From Utricularia gibba (Eukaryota; Plantae; Magnoliophyta): DNA of 22,387 bases. Numbering within the stretch: the first letter of the stretch is position 1; each line of letters starts with the position of its first letter. Shown here piece after piece: positions 16,201-22,387 of this stretch. Under the pieces are notes generated by a model, which was not told where the DNA came from, made no database searches, and saw nothing but the letters and a program-made list of their open reading frames with translations. Where the stretch lies: assembly GCA_002189035.1 (NCBI GenBank), contig NEEC01000409.1, positions 1 to 22,387 on the forward strand, in the 5' to 3' direction. The translations under genes and the position numbers were made by a program.

Positions 16201-17170
16201 ATGTGCGACGTAGTCATTTCATTGCGCATCATCATTCGGGTGCATCCTAAAAATCACACGTGCACGGGATTCATTAAAAATAAATATTTACGCATATCCA
16301 GAGTGTATAACAGTGTTGGGATAAGTGATGCCACGAAATTCATGATGTAGCATGTGACTTTTTTCCAACTTGATCGCATAGTAGATGAATTCTGACACCA
16401 TATGTTTTGGCTTTTGATTGATGCATTTAGTTGCTATGATACTTCTGATTCTTGATGCACCATTCCCGTATACCATGTCTCTAGTGGCTATTTGATTCTT
16501 TTGCCTTGTATGTTGTTCGCATCAATTTCGAGAACATGAAGCACATTATTAAATGCAGTCACCACGGAATGCCACGTGAGACACTTTTCGTTGTGGCTTG
16601 TTTTTAATATGTCCACAGTTATCGGACAAACGTAACTCCAAATTATAATACTTGGAGCTCGAAAAGGGCTTCCCAACAGTGTGCTATGAAGAGCAAGGAT
16701 CTGCATGTTATGCAAGAGGTGCTTCGCGGACCAGGATGTGCGACGTAGTCATTTCATTGCGCATCATCATTCGGGGTGCATCCTAAAAATCACACGTGCA
16801 CGGATTCATTAAAAATAAATATTTACGCATATCCAGAGTGTATAACAGTGTTGGGATAAGTGATGCCACGAAATTCATGATGTAGCATGTGACTTTTTTC
16901 CAACTTGATCGCATAGTAGATGAATTCTGACACCATATGTTTTGGCTTTTGATTGATGCATTTAGTTGCTATGATACTTCTGATTCTTGATGCACCATTC
17001 CCGTATACCATGTCTCTAGTGGCTATTTGATTCTTTTGCCTTGTATGTTGTTCGCATCAATTTCGAGAACATGAAGCACATTATTAAATGCAGTCACCAC
17101 GGAATGCCACGTGAGACACTTTTCGTTGTGGCTTGTTTTTAATATGTCCACAGTTATCGGACAAACGTAA

Positions 17171-17192
17171 CTCCAAATTATAATACTTGGAG
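17171..17192. other. Short perfect inverted repeat / potential stem-loop CTCCAA-ATTATAATAC-TTGGAG (present in each monomer; coordinates for copy 33)
   Basis: A 6-bp perfect stem (CTCCAA / TTGGAG) encloses a 10-nt AT-rich loop, read directly from the sequence. Function is unknown. Confidence 0.5.
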
Positions 17193-17205
17193 CTCGAAAA
17201 GGGCT

Positions 17206-17392
17206 TCCCAACAGTGTGCTATGAAGAGCAAGGATCTGCATGTTATGCAAGAGGTGCTTCGCGGACCAGGATGTGCGACGTAGTCATTTCATTGCGCATC
17301 ATCATTCGGGGTGCATCCTAAAAATCACACGTGCACGGGATTCATTAAAAATAAATATTTACGCATATCCAGAGTGTATAACAGTGTTGGGA
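17206..17392. repeat. Imperfect 12-bp inverted repeat pair within the monomer (TCCCAACAGTGT at 17206-17217; ACAGTGTTGGGA at 17381-17392)
   Basis: The reverse complement of the second element is TCCCAACACTGT, an 11/12 match to the first. It is present in most copies. No target-site duplication was found. Confidence 0.45.
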
Positions 17393-20300
17393 TAAGTGAT
17401 GCCACGAAATTCATGATGTAGCATGTGACTTTTTTCCAACTTGATCGCATAGTAGATGAATTCTGACACCATATGTTTTGGCTTTTGATTGATGCATTTA
17501 GTTGCTATGATACTTCTGATTCTTGATGCACCATTCCCGTATACCATGTCTCTAGTGGCTATTTGATTCTTTTGCCTTGTATGTTGTTCGCATCAATTTC
17601 GAGAACATGAAGCACATTATTAAATGCAGTCACCACGGAATGCCACGTGAGACACTTTTCGTTGTGGCTTGTTTTTAATATGTCCACAGTTATCGGACAA
17701 ACGTAACTCCAAATTATAATACTTGGAGCTCGAAAAGGGCTTCCCAACAGTGTGCTATGAAGAGCAAGGATCTGCATGTTATGCAAGAGGTGCTTCGCGG
17801 ACCAGGATGTGCGACGTAGTCATTTCATTGCGCATCATCATTCGGGGTGCATCCTAAAAATCACACGTGCACGGGATTCATTAAAAATAAATATTTACGC
17901 ATATCCAGAGTGTATAACAGTGTTGGGATAAGTGATGCCACGAAATTCATGATGTAGCATGTGACTTTTTTCCAACTTGATCGCATAGTAGATGTTCTGA
18001 CACCATATTTGGCTTGATTGATGCATTTAGTTGCTATGATACTTCTGATTCTTGATGCACCATTCCCGTATACCATGTCTCTAGTGGCTATTTGATTCTT
18101 TTGCCTTGTATGTTGTTCGCATCAATTTCGAGAACATGAAGCACATTATTAAATGCAGTCACCACGGAATGCCACGTGAGACACTTTTCGTTGTGGCTTG
18201 TTTTTAATATGTCCACAGTTATCGGACAAACGTAACTCCAAATTATAATACTTGGAGCTCGAAAAGGGCTTCCCAACAGTGTGCTATGAAGAGCAAGGAT
18301 CTGCATGTTATGCAAGAGGTGCTTCGCGGACCAGGATGTGCGACGTAGTCATTTCATTGCGCATCATCATTCGGGGTGCATCCTAAAAATCACACGTGCA
18401 CGGGATTCATTAAAAATAAATATTTACGCATATCCAGAGTGTATAACAGTGTTGGGATAAGTGATGCCACGAAATTCATGATGTAGCATGTGACTTTTTT
18501 CCAACTTGATCGCATAGTAGATGAATTCTGACACCATATGTTTTGGCTTTTGATTGATGCATTTAGTTGCTATGATACTTCTGATTCTTGATGCACCATT
18601 CCCGTATACCATGTCTCTAGTGGCTATTTGATTCTTTTGCCTTGTATGTTGTTCGCATCAATTTCGAGAACATGAAGCACATTATTAAAAGTCACCACGG
18701 AATGCCACGTGAGACACTTTTCGTTGTGGCTTGTTTTTAATATGTCCACAGTTATCGGACAAACGTAACTCCAAATTATAATACTTGGAGCTCGAAAAGG
18801 GCTTCCCAACAGTGTGCTATGAAGAGCAAGGATCTGCATGTTATGCAAGAGGTGCTTCGCGGACCAGGATGTGCGACGTAGTCATTTCATTGCGCATCAT
18901 CATTCGGGGTGCATCCTAAAAATCACACGTGCACGGGATTCATTAAAAATAAATATTTACGCATATCCAGAGTATATAACAGTGTTGGGATAAGTGATCA
19001 CGAAATTCATGATGTAGCATGTGACTTTTTTCCAACTTGATCGCATAGTAGATGAATTCTGACACCATATGTTTTGGCTTTGATTGATGCATTTAGTTGC
19101 TATGATACTTCTGATTCTTGATGCACCATTCCCGTATACCATGTCTCTAGGCTATTTGATTCTTTTGCCTTGTATGTTGTTCGCATCAATTTCGAGAACA
19201 TGAAGCACATTATTAAATGCATCACCACGAATGCCACGTGAGACACTTTTCGTTGTGGCTTGTTTTTAATATGTCCACAGTTATCGGACAAACGTAACTC
19301 CAAATTATAATACTTGGAGCTCGAAAAGGGCTTCCAACAGTGTGCTATGAAGAGCAAGGATCTGCATGTTATGCAAGAGGTGCTTCGCGGACCAGGATGT
19401 GCGACGTAGTCATTTCATTGCGCATCATCATTCGGGGTGCATCCTAAAAATCACACGTGCACGGATTCATTAAAAATAAATATTTACGCATATCCAGAGT
19501 GTATAACAGTGTTGGGATAAGTGATGCCACGAAATTCATGATGTAGCATGTGACTTTTTTCCAACTTGATCGCATAGTAGATGAATTCTGACACCATATG
19601 TTTTGGCTTTTGATTGATGCATTTAGTTGCTATGATACTTCTGATTCTTGATGCACCATTCCCGTATACCATGTCTCTAGTGGCTATTTGATTCTTTTGC
19701 CTTGTATGTTGTTCGCATCAATTTCGAGAACATGAAGCACATTATTAAATGCAGTCACCACGGAATGCCACGTGAGACACTTTTCGTTGTGGCTTGTTTT
19801 TAATATGTCCACAGTTATCGGACAAACGTAACTCCAAATTATAATACTTGGAGCTCGAAAAGGGCTTCCAACAGTGTGCTATGAAGAGCAAGGATCTGCA
19901 TGTTATGCAAGAGGTGCTTCGCGGACCAGGATGTGCGACGTAGTCATTTCATTGCGCATCATCATTCGGGGTGCATCCTAAAAATCACACGTGCACGGAT
20001 TCATTAAAAATAAATATTTACGCATATCCAGAGTGTATAACAGTGTTGGGATAAGTGATGCCACGAAATTCATGATGTAGCATGTGACTTTTTTCCAACT
20101 TGATCGCATAGTAGATGAATTCTGACACCATATGTTTTGGCTTTTGATTGATGCATTTAGTTGCTATGATACTTCTGTCTTGATGCACCATTCCCGTATA
20201 CCATGTCTCTAGTGGCTATTGATTCTTTTGCCTTGTATGTTGTTCGCATCAATTCGAGAACATGAAGCACATTATTAAATGCAGTCACCACGGAATGCCA

Positions 20301-22387
20301 CGTGAGACACTTTTCGTTGTGGCTTTTTTAATATGTCCACAGTTATCGGACAAACGTAACTCCAAATTATAATACTTGGAGCTCGAAAAGGGCTTCCCAA
20401 CAGTGTGCTATGAAGAGCAAGGATCTGCATGTTATGCAAGAGGTGCTTCGCGGACCAGGATGTGCGACGTAGTCATTTCATTGCGCATCATCATTCGGGG
20501 TGCATCCTAAAAATCACACGTGCACGGATTCATTAAAAATAAATATTTACGCATATCCAGAGTGTATAACAGTGTTGGGATAAGTGATGCCACGAAATTC
20601 ATGATGTAGCATGTGACTTTTTTCCAACTTGATCGCATAGTAGATGAATTCTGACACCATATGTTTTGGCTTTTGATTGATGCATTTAGTTGCTATGATA
20701 CTTCTGATTCTTGATGCACCATTCCCCGTATACCATGTCTCTAGTGGCTATTTGATTCTTTTGCCTTGTATGTTGTTCGCATCAATTTCGAGAACATGAA
20801 GCACATTATTAAATGCAGTCACCACGGAATGCCACGTGAGACACTTTTCGTTGTGGCTTGTTTTTAATATGTCCACAGTTATCGGACAAACGTAACTCCA
20901 AATTATAATACTTGGAGCTCGAAAAGGGCTTCCCAACAGTGTGCTATGAAGAGCAAGGATCTGCATGTTATGCAAGAGGTGCTTCGCGGACCAGGATGTG
21001 CGACGTAGTCATTTCATTGCGCATCATCATTCGGGGTGCATCCTAAAAATCACACGTGCACGGGATTCATTAAAAATAAATATTTACGCATATCCAGAGT
21101 GTATAACAGTGTTGGGATAAGTGATGCCACGAAATTCATGATGTAGCATGTGACTTTTTTCCAACTTGATCGCATAGTAGATGAATTCTGACACCATATG
21201 TTTTGGCTTTGATTGATGCATTTAGTTGCTATGATACTTCTGATTCTTGATGCACCATTCCCGTATACCATGTCTCTAGTGGCTATTTGATTCTTTTGCC
21301 TTGTATGTTGTTCGCATCAATTTCGAGAACATGAAGCACATTATTAAATGCAGTCACCACGGAATGCCACGTGAGACACTTTTCGTTGTGGCTTTTTAAT
21401 ATGTCCACAGTTATCGGACAAACGTAACTCCAAATTATAATACTTGGAGCTCGAAAAGGGCTTCCCAACAGTGTGCTATGAAGAGCAAGGATCTGCATGT
21501 TATGCAAGAGGTGCTTCGCGGACCAGGATGTGCGACGTAGTCATTTCATTGCGCATCATCATTCGGGGTGCATCCTAAAAATCACACGTGCACGGGATTC
21601 ATTAAAAATAAATATTTACGCATATCCAGAGTGTATAACAGTGTTGGGATAAGTGATGCCACGAAATTCATGATGTAGCATGTGACTTTTTTCCAACTTG
21701 ATCGCATAGTAGATGAATTCTGACACCATATGTTTTGGCTTTTGATTGATGCATTTAGTTGCTATGATACTTCTGATTCTTGATGCACCATTCCCGTATA
21801 CCATGTCTCTAGTGGCTATTTGATTCTTTTGCCTTGTATGTTGTTCGCATCAATTTCGAGAACATGAAGCACATTATTAAATGCAGTCACCACGGAATGC
21901 CACGTGAGACACTTTTCGTTGTGGCTTGTTTTTAATATGTCCACAGTTATCGGACAAACGTAACTCCAAATTATAATACTTGGAGCTCGAAAAGGGCTTC
22001 CCAACAGTGTGCTATGAAGAGCAAGGATCTGCATGTTATGCAAGAGGTGCTTCGCGGACCAGGATGTGCGACGTAGTCATTTCATTGCGCATCATCATTC
22101 GGGTGCATCCTAAAAATCACACGTGCACGGGATTCATTAAAAATAAATATTTACGCATATCCAGAGTTATATAACAGTGTTGGGATAAGTGATGCCACGA
22201 AATTCATGATGTAGCATGTGACTTTTTTCCAACTTGATCGCATAGTAGATGAATTCTGACACCATATGTTTTGGCTTTTGATTGATGCATTTAGTTGCTA
22301 TGATACTTCTGATTCTTGATGCACCATTCCCGTATACCATGTCTCTAGTGGCTATTTGATTCTTTTGCCTTGTATGTTGTTCGCATC

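Larger units (their letters stand above)
16991..17526. repeat. Representative full-length monomer (536 bp, matches the majority consensus)
   Basis: This copy carries the long or most common form at every variable position I checked (GCACGGGA, GAGTGTATAAC, GGCTTTTGA). Hand count gives ~104 C and ~113 G (~40% GC). It has single EcoRI (GAATTC), SacI (GAGCTC) and NdeI (CATATG) sites per unit, so each digest should release the monomer. The monomer start is arbitrary because the unit is circularly permuted. Confidence 0.95.
1..22387. repeat. Head-to-tail tandem array of a ~536-bp monomer (42 full copies + 68-nt partial copy); satellite DNA or rolling-circle concatemer
   Basis: The anchor TGCACCATTCC recurs at 1, 532, 1061, 1591, 2122, 2658, 3189, 3722, 4225, 4758, 5291, 5824, 6358, 6887, 7420, 7952, 8486, 9017, 9552, 10084, 10617, 11145, 11667, 12200, 12730, 13260, 13793, 14326, 14857, 15392, 15922, 16456, 16991, 17527, 18056, 18592, 19122, 19652, 20184, 20715, 21251, 21784 and 22320. 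Spacing is 503-536 bp (mean ~531), same orientation throughout, with no spacer or unique sequence between copies. The same translated ORFs recur with this period. Confidence 0.99.

Noticed and set aside
17016-17021. CACTAG on the minus strand (CACTA-transposon terminus) or CTAG as a Helitron 3' end
   Set aside because: It is an isolated 5-6-mer with no matching opposite terminus and no GC-rich subterminal hairpin at the expected distance, so it is expected by chance.
16900-17170. A plus-strand frame open for ~90 codons if TGA is read as Trp (genetic code 4)
   Set aside because: The resulting peptide resembles nothing I recognise, TAA stops still bound it, and nothing else supports an alternative code.
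17178-17185. Palindromic ATTATAAT giving a perfect TATAAT -10 box on both strands (bidirectional sigma70 promoter)
   Set aside because: There is no TTGACA-like -35 element at 16-18 bp spacing and no TG extended -10 on either strand, and the host is not known to be bacterial.
17090-17200. Minus-frame peptide LRLSDNCGHIKNK resembling the DNCxGQNKN motif of some DDE transposases
   Set aside because: The similarity is short and partial, lies in a ~44-codon stop-bounded frame with no start codon, and has no other transposase motifs around it.
16991-17526. Viroid-like, retrozyme or Obelisk circular RNA with a hammerhead ribozyme
   Set aside because: No CTGANGA catalytic core on either strand of the consensus, no evident rod-like self-complementarity by eye, and no Oblin-sized ORF. 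A covariance-model search for other ribozyme classes was not possible here.
16991-17526. Known small repeated units: 5S rDNA, tRNA or snRNA arrays, spliced-leader arrays, kinetoplast minicircle
   Set aside because: I found no recognisable 5S, tRNA or spliced-leader sequence and no GGGGTTGGTGTA minicircle block.
33-22174. The ~65 short ORFs in the supplied track as real protein-coding genes
   Set aside because: They are the same few frames repeated in each monomer. Several begin at TTG or GTG, they have no convincing ribosome-binding site and no recognisable domain, and their lengths vary with sequencing indels. Not annotated as CDS.
1-22387. Never-ending ORF across repeat junctions, as in the Neo gene made by DRT2 rolling-circle reverse transcription
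   Set aside because: The 536-bp unit (535 bp for the minor type) is not a multiple of 3, all six frames contain stops within each monomer, and no reverse transcriptase is present.
1-22387. CRISPR array
   Set aside because: There is no short repeat alternating with unique spacers. The whole 536-bp unit is repeated, and no cas genes are present.

Overview
The whole 22,387-nt window is one head-to-tail tandem array of a ~536-bp monomer: 42 complete copies plus 68 nt of a 43rd, all in the same orientation, with no unique flanking sequence. The majority-consensus monomer (e.g. 16991-17526) is about 40% GC by hand count. Copies measure 503-536 bp, never longer than the consensus. They differ almost only by small deletions in homopolymers and short repeats, the signature of a noisy, unpolished long read (most like nanopore). 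The short ORFs in the track are one pair of frames repeated ~42 times and reshuffled by these indels. I recognise no protein family, RNA gene, CRISPR array or transposase. Two main explanations remain open: a rolling-circle concatemer of a ~536-nt non-autonomous circle (natural, or made by phi29 amplification), or a very recently homogenised genomic satellite. The most informative internal signals are three variable sites that tend to co-vary within a monomer (two interspersed monomer types), a small stem-loop overlapping a near-match to a circovirus-type nonanucleotide, and an excess of TGATGC motifs. Organism and function cannot be determined from this window.
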